Source: Vicugna vicugna (lineage: Eukaryota). Taken from it: DNA of 64,000 nucleotides. Under the pieces are notes generated by a model that saw only the letters and a list, made by a program, of their open reading frames with translations, was not told where the DNA came from and searched no databases. This document shows, one piece after another, positions 22,661-35,030 of this stretch; position 1 is the stretch's first letter; each line of letters starts with the position of its first letter. The stretch covers positions 5,328,258-5,392,257 of the forward strand of contig MU060042.1 of assembly GCA_013265495.1 (NCBI GenBank), written 5' to 3'. The position numbers and the translations under genes were made by a program.

Positions 22661-25099
22661 GGGTGTGACAACGCACAGCAAAAATAGTTCATTAACAAAA
22701 AACGGGACAACTTGTGACATGAAAGGTAACATCCTATTTGTTACTTTTTCCTGTCCAGAGTCAACATTCTATGAAGGAGGAAAACTAGCTTTAATTTTGT
22801 GACAGGCACTTTTTTTTTTCACGTGTGATTCCAGTTTGTACTTGCAAAATACTGTCTGCTTGCCCTGGGGATTTATTTATGACTTTATTAGACAAATGTG
22901 GTAAACTCATCCTTGGCCGCTGTGCCCCGAAGTCCATTCCTACGTACACCCATCATCAGTGTTATGGACCCTGCGGAGCTTGGATTGCTAACTGTGTAGA
23001 AGCTGGTGTCTCACCTGCAGAGGTGACGGGGCTGAAAATGAAAACAGTTTTACAGATGTGATGCCAAAATTGTTATTAAGGAGGAGTTCAACAGGGAAAA
23101 AACTTTCACAGAAGCTGCGCTACTTTCATGAGTTTTCCAAACCTTTTGAAAATACGCTTTTCTGGTAACCCTTTAAATGCACGTTTCAAAGGAGAAAGAA
23201 CACAGAATGCATTTTCCTGCTGAGCCAGGACAGGCTGGAACCCTCCTCAGGGAAAAACAGATGACGCGTCAGTAGCGTGTCTTGATGTCTTATCGCCTGT
23301 TGTTCATCTGCCAAAGGAAGTTAAAGAGGCTTTTGCACTTTCATGTAAATTATTGGATTTCAAAATTCCTAAGTAAGCGTGAGCAGCAACATGTTTGTTA
23401 TTTCCTGATAGGGTAGCATATTCACATCTGAACGTTTTTAAATAAGAGCCCCGTCTGCGAGCTGAGGCCCAGGCCTCCTCCCCCCCACGCCCACCCAGGA
23501 GCCGTCAGCTCGAGGTGAGAAGCCCTTGCTTCTCAGGTTTAAACCATTTCAAGACCCTCTTGCAGCCCCACATACACGAAAAGAAGTAGCAGTAAGGACT
23601 TCCTACATTTATCAGAAGAGCGTGAATCATGCCATGAAGGCGCTTCCTGAATTCGCTGTTTCTGAAGTCTCAGGGATGTTAATAGGCCGGAGGCACAGAG
23701 AGGGGCTGCGATTTGGCCAGGCCACACAGCACAGCGGTAGAAGTTTGGGGAGAACTGAATTCTAGGGGAATTTGCAAAATCGCGTGAGGCGGTCAGGCAC
23801 CTGTCAAACGTGTAACTAAGGGAGGGAGACAGCAGTAGAGGGAGGGGAGGCGACAGGAAGAAGGGAGGGGGACCGGCGGGGGAGGGGTGGCGGATGGAAG
23901 ACGGACTGGCGGTCTGAGCCGCCCATCGCCCCCCCGACAGGGCTCACAACTCCATGTCAGAGCAGGTGACAGAATCCCAGCGTAACAGTGCCCAGCTCTT
24001 ATTTCTGCCTCTCCAAGCTATCGGCCCCTTCGCGAGCAGTCGGGATTCACTGCTGCTTCCAGAAGGTCAAAGGTAAACCACAGGCACAGCCGACGTCACC
24101 GTCGAGTAGCTGGTGGCAAATGGAGCCTGACAAGTGTACTTTCGAGGGAATATTGTGGCGCGCGCACCCGGAGCATGGAAGTCAAGCTGATAAAGAAAAT
24201 AAAACCGAAAATACTGAAAGATGTCAAGTCTAACCCGTTGATCCAAGTGATGGAGTCCAGCTGTCAGTCTTGTATGTGAGCCACGGCCGGAAAGAAGGGT
24301 GGGTCCCAGGAGAGGCAGCCAGGCCGGCCTCTGCCTCCTGCACACCACACTCACTCACCGTCGCCCCGGGGACACTCCCGGCACAGACGCCTGCCGGGCG
24401 GGACCCGGAGGAGGGCGTGAGAGGGACGCGCCGCCTCCTTCCAGCCTCCCGGGGCTATCTCAGGCTGGGGAAATGTGTTTTCCTTTTTTCTGTCTAATGC
24501 TAAGGCCTTGCTTCCCAGGAGGAAGTTTCGGATGTTGACCAGATAGCCTGGTTTCCGTAAGTGTTGTAAGACTGGGACGTTTTTGACAGCGAAATTTTCC
24601 CACGTATTCTAAAATGTCAAAAGGGTGCTGTTAAGGCTGAACTTCCCAGATGATGCTGTTTGTGTGTTCTTTACCAGCTTCCAGCCAGGAAACTCCTTTT
24701 CCCTTCTCATCTCCATCTGAGAATGAGAAGCAAAAGGGACAGAGAGCTGGATGTGAGGGCTGGCTCCCTCTTTTCCAGTGGAGACGGAGACTTTACCTCC
24801 CAGTCTGCAAGCAAATTAGAAATCAAGCAAGAGGGACTGGCTTCGTCTGAGCTAACGCTTTAAAGAGATTGCCTACATCTACGCAGCAGCCCCAGGAACA
24901 GCTGCGGTGCTGACAGCTCATGTCAATTCCTACCACTCCTCTACTCTCTGGGTCGTTCATTGCTGGCATCGTCTTCTTTCGTCTTTCCGTCCTCCATCAC
25001 AAAGACTCACCAGGCAGACATTTACAGCACAGACATGAAGACTGAAGCCCACCCACCCCATAAAATCGATCCGAGGCCCAGCCCCACGGTGGCCTGTGA

Positions 25100-25210
25100 G
25101 GCTGTGTCCACCTGTTCATTGTGACAATGGTTTCATGAGTGTGAACAGACATCAAAGCCTATCGAAGTGTGCACTGCGGACCACAGCTCAACACAGCTGT
25201 TAACAATAGA
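25100..25210 (+). mobile_element. Old L1 (L1M/L1MC-type) 3' end relic
   Basis: TTCATTGTGACAATGGTTTCATGAGTGTGAACAGACATCAAAGCCTATCGAAGTGTGCACT...CTCAACACAGCTGTTAA resembles TTGATTGTGGTGATGGTTTCACGGGTGTATACATATGTCAAAACTCATCAAATTGTACACT...CTCAATAAAGCTGTT. Confidence 0.6.
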
Positions 25211-27499
25211 GCAATCTCATCAAACCGTTACGCTGTGTGCCCAACATTAATACAGCAGTGTGTGTCAGTTACATCTCAACTTAAAAATACAGCCGTTGCA
25301 AACAAAGAATGAATGAACTCACACACACACAGAGGTTTAAGATGCACAGACATAACTTGGGTGTAAAACAATGGGAACCACAAGTGCCATCGCACTTCTT
25401 ACACCCGCACTCACCGGCACAAGAAGAGCACACGTGTGACTTACTAACAAAATACAGTTGTGCTTCTGAGGTTCCCGGGTTCAAGTTAGCCTGTGGCTTT
25501 GTTCCTCTGTTTTATGCTACATGGGAGAATTTGGGAGTTTTCCCCAGTCTGACTAGCGCTTTCTGTGCTCTTTTTGGATTCTACTGGAAGAATCTTTCAA
25601 GTCTATTTTGCTCTCCTTCCAACGTGGCAAATATCAATTCAGCTAATGAGGCACAGGTGTAATTGTAGGCACTCCTTCAAGAATTCTTCAGCTATGAATC
25701 TGCCTCAGATTGTGCAGCACGGTTCCGTGACTGTGGTTTGTTGGGAAAATTCTCAGCTCCAATGGCCCTCGTGTTCACGCTCCCACCTGTGCGTGTGGCG
25801 TGTGGACCTCGTGTTAGTACGTTGCGACGCAGCAAATAAAAACAAGCCCGGCCACTGGCTGCAGAGCTCCCGCAAGTGTGTTCCTGCCTCACCCTGTCCT
25901 GCTACTTTGCTGCGTTTTACTCAGATCCCGGTCTCACATTGGCAAAGGGCAGTGCTTTCAGAAGTGATGGCACAGTCGGCCAAGTTCTTTCCTCCCCATC
26001 GATCACCTTGGTGCGAGACTGCCATCCTGCCTCCAGCCCCCACCCGCACGACGGCCCTGGTGCTGAATGTTGATAATCTGGTGTTGGGTGAAGTCCAGAC
26101 CATCATTTGCAAGTAATTTTCTCATGAACAAAGCACCTGAACTCCACCCCCGCGGCTCGTGGGGAGGGAAGGCGGGTGGGTAGATTATCCAGTTGCCCAC
26201 TGAGATTCAAACAGAACCCACATGTGGTAGGACTGAACCTGCTTTGTGAGGCTAACACAGCTCTCATCCCAACGGCTAACACTTCATTTCGAAGAAATGG
26301 GGACCTGGGGCGCCAAGGGAGCGCTGGAGAGACACACGGCGGCGACCGAGCCGAGCTGCCAGTCATCCGGGAATGTGACAGCTTAGCTCGAGACTTTCAG
26401 TTCTTCCAAAGCGCCACACAAGGTCGCAAAGGCACTGTCCCTCCCCGTCTGCGGTCCATCTCACTACTCAACACAAGCAGAAACATCTTCTCAGCCAGTG
26501 AAAATGTTGTGTCGCTCAACTGTTGTACGTTATCTTGTAAGTTTCAAAAATGGGATGTGTAAGGTACGTGCGTGTTAAATGAGTCATATCTGAAGGAGAC
26601 AGTCAAATGGGAAACCGCTGTAAGTCACTGTGAGCGCCATCCCAGTCGAAGGCATCATTAAGCAGAGCGGCACCGAGTACAAGCAGGCTTGTGTTGTGTG
26701 GCCGGGGCTTCCTTTCCCAAACAGGCACCTGTAAGTGAGTTCACTCACCCACCCGCCGCAGGGCAGCCCTGTTGGCTCCTCCTTCGTGGAAGAGGCGCGC
26801 GTAAGGCAGAAGCCGAATCGCTCAAGAGTCCGCGTGTGGTGAGCAGCGCGGGACGGGTCACAGGGGGCAAGGGCGTGAGCTGCTCAGCCAGCTGGCCGAG
26901 CGCGCGTCAGGGCGGCCGCACGTCTCCGATCCCGACTGATCTGTGCAGAAAAGCCATTTTCCCAGTTGCTGCCTTAGCAGGGGGATCTGCTCGGTGACCT
27001 CACGACCGTTCCAGGTCTTTGAAGGTTGCACGTTATCAAGGGTTTGTTCAAAACTGCTGATGCAAACATCCATTACCTCCGCTGTGGCAAATGCAGGTTC
27101 ATGAAACTTTAAGTGCTTATGACTTCAGTGCCGCTCACAGTATGTCCACGATGTAATTACACATGAAAGAGAAGGAGAGCTTCGGAGGAAGTAAGTCGAA
27201 GAGCATTTCTGTAGACTCTGGAGGAAAACGGTTTAAAGTCTCCACGATCTCTGAGCCCCTCTCCGTGCCCGCTCTCCCTCCTTGCGGCCTCGTTCCTCCA
27301 GCTGTGGTCCCTCGCCGCCTCTGCTCTTTCTTGCGGGGCCCTTCTGTAGCGACACACTTCTTAGCTTTGGCTGATCTGAAACCATCTCCTCCTTCACCCT
27401 CTCATCCCAGAGGCAGTCTCCGAGGCTGGCTGTGCTCAGCGCTGGCTCCTTCCAGGTACGGCCTGCGGCCACCGCAAGGCTGCCTGTGTGCACCAGCCC

Positions 27500-28210
27500 T
27501 GCCTGCGAGCAGCGGTAAAACCAGGCGTGTTGGGGGCTCGGGTGTCGCACAGCACAGGCGGGAGGAGGGAGACATGCGGCGCAGCCCCGTAGGGGGTGCA
27601 AGGGCCCCCTGCAAACTGGAGGCCCAGGGCGGCCTGGCGGGCGCCGCCCTGCGGAGGTGACCGGCGTCGGGGGCGGGGCTGCCATCTTCAGGCTGGGGCC
27701 CCGGAGCGGAGGCCGCTGTGAGGAGCAGGAGCGCGAAAGTCCACACGGGGGTCCCCACGGCCCTTGACTGAGAGGGCTCGTCTGCCCGGAGCCGGCCAGA
27801 GGCGGGGCCGTGCGCGCCCTGGGCTGCGAGGAGCAGGGCTTCCCAGGCTGGGGGGGCTGGAGCCGCTGGGTGCCGTCCCGCCGGCCCTGTGACACCCGGC
27901 GCCCAGCCGGGAGGGGCTGGGCCTTGAAGGTACGGGTCACGCCGTGCAGAGGCCCCTGCCTTGTTCTGCTCCGCACCACGGGGATGAAAGCGCGTTCCGA
28001 CAAGAACCACAAGAGAAACCCCCTACAGCCACGCAGGGAAGCCTGACAGAGCGGTTGCCGTAGGAGGCGTGCAGGCAGGCTGGAGCCCCTGTCAGCAGCC
28101 AGGCGGTCCTGGGCCTGAATCCCGGCTCCCGCGCTTCCTGGCTGCGCGACTGCGGAGGGCACTGCACGGCGCTCTTCCTCGGGACCCTGGCCTCTCGGCT
28201 TGGACGTGCT
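27500..28210. promoter_or_regulatory. GC/CpG-rich patch (CpG-island-like)
   Basis: Very GC-rich with frequent CG and a GC box GGGGCGGGG at ~27670-27678. Overlapping shadow ORFs in several frames. Confidence 0.4.
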
Positions 28211-28214
28211 GGCT

Positions 28215-28340
28215 GTAACAGCACCGGCATCCCAGGGTCACTCGTAGGAGCACGGGCGCTAACAGAAAACAAGTGTTAGGAACAGTGACTGGCACCTCGT
28301 AAGTGGTTCGTACACGTCGTTTGTTATTATGACTATTCGC
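28215..28340 (+). mobile_element. MIR SINE 3' part
   Basis: AAGTGTTAGGAACAGTGACTGGCACCTCGTAAGTGGTTCGTACACGTCGTTTGTTATTAT resembles the MIR end AAGCGCTTAGAACAGTGCCTGGCACATAGTAAGCGCTCAATAAATGTTAGCTATTATT. Confidence 0.65.
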
Positions 28341-30009
28341 TGCACTTTCTGGACCCCCTGAATTTGGTCGGATTATTCCTACTTGCCGATAAACTTGGAA
28401 TGGCTCCTGCGTGCTTCCTGGTCCCTGCTAGTGACCCGTCAGCACAGACGTCACTAGTGTCTCCAAACCTCACGATGCTTTTGTTGAAACACAAGAGGTT
28501 TGCCTAACGTGTCACTGTGTCTGTCTGGGGTTTATCAAAAGGTCATATTCATGAAAATTCCGGAGGTACTGGAATTACCTCTGCGAAACTTTGCCCCCCA
28601 GAGTGAATGGGCTGGGTTTTCAGCACAATTGTGGGGTGACCACTAATATTAATAGTGTTTAATAATGACCGCCCCCAGTACTGCAGCCCTCACCACTGAG
28701 TCCACACTGACGCCTGCTGCAGATGATGCTCTTCTGTGCTCGAGCGAAAATGAGAATGGACACCGGACACCACATGAGGCGGCGACGAGCTTTTTCTGAC
28801 TTTCCTTAGCTGCTGTACTCCTGTTTATGAATGCGTATGTAAACATGGAATATAGTTGCTAATAAGGTTAAGTGTGAGCTCGGCTACTGGGAACGTAAAC
28901 CCTGCTGTAGCTCACGCTTGAAGTTCCCAGTTACTCCCGCTCCCCTGGCTCATCTCAGGTAGACGAGGGCAGAAGGCCTGCGCGCCACCCTTCCGCCGTG
29001 CCCGGCGCTTGGCAGGGCCTTGCAACCAGCAGGGTCTCAGCAAATACGTTTTTAAATGAACTAGACAAGACTCCCTTTCAGTGTGAATCTGAATTGCCAT
29101 GAAATCCACATTTTGTGTTTCAATTTAAGACCGTTTTTACCGTAATTACAGCAGAGACTAAAAATTCACGTCCCAAGAATATTGGCCCTGAATTAATTTT
29201 GAATAAATGTAAGGTTTTAGAGGCGAAAAAAGCACATCTTGAAAACGTCATTGTTTGGCCCTCATTCCTAGACATGCCGGACCCCCCGCCCCCCCCCCAC
29301 CAGTTAGGGGCTGGACGTCTCTGCCCAAGATGAGGCTCCAGGCCCGGGCTGCTGTCTGTTCTGAGGGGCCGTCGGTGGTCGCACACACTGCCAGCCCCTC
29401 TCCTACACGTTTTACACTCCCTCCAGGATGGAGAGCACAAAAGTGAAGTTTAATCAGAAAATTCTGCGGCCAGCGCAACCAACTTCATCTGCCTGATCAG
29501 CGAGATTTATGGGCAACCAACCCCGCTTTGTGGTCTCGGGTGCAAAGGAGAGTGAAACACAGATCGTGCCTTGCAGGCTGGCACATGGTGGGCACGTGGA
29601 GGGAGGCCCCCAGCCCAGCTCTGGGGACGGCAGGGGCAGCATCTGAGACTCAGGCCCCAGTGTGTCTCTGTCTTCTCTGCAGGGCATTGGGCGCATCATT
29701 CATCTCCAGGTAGTACCTGCCCATCGCAGAGCGGCGATCTTGGGAACAGCCCTGCGTTCTTCTTCCCATAACAGGGACCTTGTGAGAAAAAGCGCAGACC
29801 CAAGTGTGACCCACGGCACCAGGCATGGCCACCTCGCGGGGCTCTGACGATGTCCCGTCTGTGCCGTCTGGTCCCCTGTGACCTGACATGGCCTGAGGCA
29901 CCTGCCTCAGACGTGGGGGTGACGAGCGCATGACCATCACTCAGGGCACCGCAGCCCTGCCATGGGGCGTGGTGGCCGCAGAGGCCACCCTGCTGTGTCC
30001 CCTGGGCCC

Positions 30010-30025
30010 AGGTCACAGAGGGTCA
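30010..30025 (+). promoter_or_regulatory. Perfect DR4 nuclear-receptor element (motif only)
   Basis: AGGTCA-CAGA-GGGTCA. Function not shown. Confidence 0.35.
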
Positions 30026-31276
30026 GGGTGGGGGCATGTCTCATCCTGCCCGTCACCCACCACTGTGCTCCGTGAGGACAGGTGTCACCCCGCCCCTGCG
30101 TGTGCCTCACACCTGCGCCCCCAGCTCCTGCCGGACGCTGAGCCTCACTGCTGTCTGGTGCCTCTCGTGGGGGCTGAGACGCAGCAACCCCCCATGTCCA
30201 CATTGTGATCAAGACCGTAACCACCTGGGGACCCGTGGTCACAGGCGCAGCCCCTTGGATACCGTCACCAGAAGTCAAAGTCAGCGTATGTATCATCTGA
30301 AAAACAGGCATTTTACCCCTGACGCGTTTCAGCCAAGGGTCTGCACTTCTCTGATTTTCAGAACAAATCTGTATCAGGAATCCCTGTGCTTCTGTGTGTG
30401 TTCTGTCTGCATCCCGCCCTCCCGCCCAGGCAGCCTCTCCCAGCGCTGCCCACCTCCCACCGCCGGCCCGAGCCCTCGCGGCCCTGGGGGCAGCAACACC
30501 TTCAGGAGAGAGCGTAGCCACTGACCACACTACTTATTTCCTTTTGATGTGTCAATAAAAAGGTAATTACATTTCATTTGTTTTTAGGGTTGTAATTGGC
30601 TTGAAGCAAAAGCTCACTTACTTGAACCAAAACTCACAGATTAAACAAAACAAACCAAAAAAACAATTAAAGTTGACATCTTAAAACAAAGTTGCTGTTG
30701 TCATTTATTTTTAAGACATATCAATAACTTGGCTCTGCAAATCGTTCAGTGGAGAGTTCCAGAAAGTTCTTGAACTCCTGAGATACGCGGAGGCTCCTTT
30801 GTTCTCACGGCAGCACAAAGCTCGAGGGGTCGGGTCAGCCCAGGGACTATCTGCAGCCGGCGCCACAACGAGCAGCCCCCGGGAGTCACGGCCACACAGG
30901 GATAAAGACACGGACGTCCACTTCCAACGGCTCCAAGTGGTTCCAGACACACCCCTTTGCTGGCTTTGAGTTTCCAGCCAACCGTGTGGGACTCTTTAAG
31001 GAACGCCATTGCAGATAACAAGAGGCAAGAGTGTAGATATATTTTTTCAATGTTTAAATTGTTCAAATTTATAAAAATCCCCAATAAAATTGAGTTACTG
31101 ACTTACAGCCTTCTTCTCCATAGCACAAATTATCTATGCTCAATTAAGTTAAAAAATGCTCAAATGACAGATTCACAGAATTGCTTGAATACTGGTTATT
31201 TTTGTTTGAATTATTTTAATTATTTATATTTTTGGCCTTATATTTTTGTGACACTCTATTTTTCCACTGTTTCTCC

Positions 31277-31418
31277 NNNNNNNNNNNNNNNNNNNNNNNN
31301 NNNNNNNNNNNNNNNNNNNNNNNNNNNNNNNNNNNNNNNNNNNNNNNNNNNNNNNNNNNNNNNNNNNNNNNNNNNNNNNNNNNNNNNNNNNNNNNNNNNN
31401 NNNNNNNNNNNNNNNNNN
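31277..31418. other. Assembly gap (142 N)
   Basis: Run of N in AT-rich sequence. Confidence 1.
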
Positions 31419-33759
31419 AAATACAGTACCAAGAAAATGTCGTTAAAATATTACATCTGTTTTCTATTTTTAAACCTTCATTACTTCCAATTCAACCCCT
31501 CTAATCACAACTTGCACTGCGTATTAATTGTTGAGCCAGATTTATCAGAAACTGTCTTTTAAATAAAATCATCCAAAAGATAATTCCAGAGGAGGCTTGT
31601 GAAGCAGATGATCACGCGGCTCCCTGCCCTGACAGATGCACAGTAATGACACATATATTGCTCATATTAAATACTCTCATTCTAGTCCACAGAACTCTCC
31701 CTTATCCCTTCAATGTCTGTCTATGGAACATTTTTCTGGGCTAATGAAATGCAATGTGCTTCCGCAGGCACGAGGCAATATTTGCACTTATAACCACAAT
31801 AGTCCAACAGACTTGACTCAATATTTGAGGATAAGAGTGGAGTTTCAGGCCCTCAAGAAACTATTTCTTATGGTTGCTTGCCTCTTTCAAATTATTCATG
31901 TGTGGTTTAGAAGGGAAATTATACATGAATCCACACTGAGAGAGGAGGTGTTAGAAATTATCAGCGGTGACTGTGGTAGAACCTGGAAGCGTGGGTTTAT
32001 GTATATTGGAAGAGAATCAACGTGCGGAACCAGAGAAATGAACGCTGGACAGAGAGGACTGGTGTTTAAACGCCATCAGGTCCAGAGCCCTTCTAAGAAT
32101 ATAATAAAACTTTTTGGAGCCTCAAACCAGGAAAACTGCATCTCTGACCAACTACACGGAAGTGTGTGTGTGATTTCAGAAAGTCAACAGACTGTCTGAA
32201 ACTGCTCTGTTGAAGTCAACTCCCCCCACCCCCGGGAGCACTCCAGATACAAAGCTATCTCTGCAGAAGGATGTGCAAGTTCTTCAGGTGACCCGTCTCC
32301 CTGAGAGGGCGTCGCTCACCCTTAGCTGAGTGCAGAGCAGAGCACGCGTGGGAGGAGAATTCCAAGGACTGAGAAAGGTCCCCAAAGGCCAAGCAGAACG
32401 GAGACTGAAGCAAACGCAGGGCCGGGCGAGCCAGCCGCCCCGCAGGCAGAGCGCGCAGACGGGGCTGAATGGTCAGAAGGGAGTTCCTCAGTGATGGGGC
32501 CAAGCTCCCCTCCAGGAAGAGCGCCGGTCCGGCCGAATTTCCACGTTCCATTCTGTTTCCACGTGTGTGCCTCACCTTACGTCTCAATCCCAGGCGGGCT
32601 CCAGGTACCCCCCAAAGGTGTTCTTCTTAAGCCCTGTTTATCTGTTTCAGGTATTTGCATTTCCATCCTCAATACACTTTTATTGTCTGCAGAGAACATT
32701 TTAAAAGCCAAAATTATCATTTGTGGTATTAGCCGCCTCCAGCCTGGGTCCCCGCTACCAATTTGAGAAGCATATCTTTTGATTTCTAAATAACTTTGTA
32801 CATACTTTTAATAAGTCAGGACTGAGGATAGGGCTCAACAGGACAAATCAGAGCCTTCCTTCTAGGTTAGCCTAAAGCCATTAATTAACGCGCTTCAGAC
32901 GTGTGGTCCTGTCACCTTCCAGTGCAGCCACCAGGACAGAAACAGCAGAGACGTTTCACCCAGAAGAGGCAGGACCCCCTGTCTTTCTCCGTTTCACCTT
33001 CTGCCCCCCCAAATGCAGATTTCATTGAACAATAAAAACGAAAAGGGAATGAAAGTTAATTCATTTATTATTGAAAGCAAAAGAGCAGAGTAATTGAATT
33101 AAAACCCGATCATTAGAACACTTGCTTCACTGAAGACTTGCAAACTGCAGTTCCACTCGGCTGTTTTTTGTTTATGATGAATGCCATCCCAAGGTTGCTT
33201 TGAAGTTTCAGGAAAAGTTAAGAAAATAAAAACAAAAATGCCTTTTGGAAAAAAAAATCACACAGATCACATTAGTGTTCATCTTCCTGAGCTTTTAGTG
33301 AAGTCACATTGCTCGGAGTTGGATGTTTTTACAGTAATTTGAACAGCAGCCATTTCCTCCATGGGGCCACTTCCCTCAGGCTGCAGCTGCACCGTCTGTG
33401 CCGCTGACTCTTCAGGGCCTGCTTTTATCACAAAGACGCCCAGCAAATGAGCCAGAAGTATGATTCCTGGGGCTCAGGGCCCGAGACCGGGCAGGAGGGC
33501 CAGGAGTGGAGAGAAATCCCAGCCCTGGGTGCTCTACAAAGCCACCTGAAACCAACCAGGCAGCATGTTCCAACGGTGGGGGTTCATGGTGACATCGGAG
33601 GAGCAGAAGCAGCAGGCATGTGCAGCCCCCAAGACCATGTGTGCCCCCAGCCCCTCTAAGTCATCAAGCCAATTCTCACCTCCATGTCCTGAAAAGTGTA
33701 CAATAAAAGTCACAGTTCATGCGTTCTGTGAAAATGCACAAGCTGCTATTTTTAAAATC

Positions 33760-35030
33760 AAGAGAAAATGGGCAATAAAGTAATAGAAATTCATATACAA
33801 AAATGTAAGAAAATCTCCCAGAGCTGAAGCGATCACATGGGCACATAATGTGCCCGAGAAAATGAATTCTACACATCAGCACACACCACCTCAAAGTGTC
33901 TTCACCCCCGGAACACTAGACGACGCTGAAGAGACTTCCAGAGAGGAAGGATGAGGGGCCGGACGGCATCAAACGTCTCTAAAGGATCAGCAGAAGCTTC
34001 AAAAAAAAAAAGTGGAGCAATCCTTCAGAGCTCTCAAAGAGAAACGGGAGAAATCTCAGAATTTTATACCCAGCTCAACTATGAGCACAGCTGCTTAACT
34101 TAACTCCCAAGCATCTCTTCAGTAAACCCAGAAGAGAATGAAGCAGGCTTCTTACCCCAGGAGAGAGGCAAAGAGAATTTTCAACCAAATGATGCAAGAA
34201 AGTCCCAGAATGAGGATGGCCGCGGTGCAGCAGGCCCGGTGCAGGCAGGCCAAGGTCTCCTGAAGGTGAATCACTGAGCTGACGTCAGTCTGACCACGCT
34301 GAGAAGACACATGGTCTTGCGGGACTGTCACAGCTGGGTTAGCGGTGAGCACGTGGGAGACTCAGCCGACAAAAAGACGCTGATTATTTCCAGGAGTGAA
34401 AGACGTTTGTGCAGAAAAGAAACAGTACCAGGTGGCTCAGGAGTGAATAAACAGGTGAACCACGTTATGGTGTGGATGTTGATTTTGATATAACAAAGCT
34501 GCCCCAGAAAAGCATTTGGAGGATGCAGAGAAGACAGGAGTGCTCTCGAGTTTACGCGGAGATTTCAGAGAACTCGAGTCTCTTCCTCCACCGGATGTCA
34601 ACTGACAACTTCAAGACCAGGAACGTGTGACAGCGTAAGAATGTTACTGAAAGAGAAGGAGGTAGGTATCAGACGGGGCAGCCACTGTATTATTTGAAAG
34701 TGGTTTCCTCTAACTCAGAGGTTGGCAAACTTCTTCTGTGAAAAGGAAGAGAGTAAATACGTTATACTTTGTGCAGATACCCAGTTCTGACACCAGAGCA
34801 TGAAAGCAGCTTGGCTGGTGCACGAAAGACTGGCCGGCCCCGTCCCCACAGAGCGTGACTTACAACCCATACAGTGGCCTGGACGCGGCCCTCGGGGAAC
34901 GCTTGCTGACCCCTCCCCTCGATGGCAGACGTGGGGAAAGGCAGGCATGGGGTCTGCTCTTTTTTCTATCATTAGTCTTTACAGCTGTCCGAATTAAAAC
35001 AAACAGACAAAACTGTCTGAATTTTAATAA
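33760..35030 (+). mobile_element. HAL1 (L1 ORF1-related) relic, about 1.3 kb, interrupted by MER58A
   Basis: AAGAAAATCTCCCAGAGCTGAAG; TGGAGCAATCCTTCAGAGCTCTC; AGAATTTTATACCCAGCTCAACTAT; CCAGGAGAGAGGCAAAGAGAATTTTC; TTGAAAGTGGTTTCCTCT; then GGGGTCTGCTCTTTTT after the insertion. These follow the remembered HAL1 consensus colinearly. Boundaries are approximate. Confidence 0.7.
34716..34915 (+). mobile_element. MER58A (hAT-Charlie) non-autonomous DNA transposon
   Basis: Starts CAGAGGTTGGCAAACTTCTTCTGTGAAAAGGAAGAGAGTAAATA and ends GCTTGCTGACCCCTC, about 200 bp. The 8-bp flanks CTCTAACT and CCCTCGAT are each two changes from CTCTAGAT. Confidence 0.8.

Noticed and set aside
27233-28162. Longest ORF (309 aa, minus) and similar long ORFs (520-1272, 38096-38842, 45696-46298, 58102-58803)
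   Set aside because: They are Pro/Arg/Gly/Ala/Ser-rich, overlap other open frames on both strands, lie in very GC-rich DNA where stops are rare, and show no recognisable domain or splice structure.
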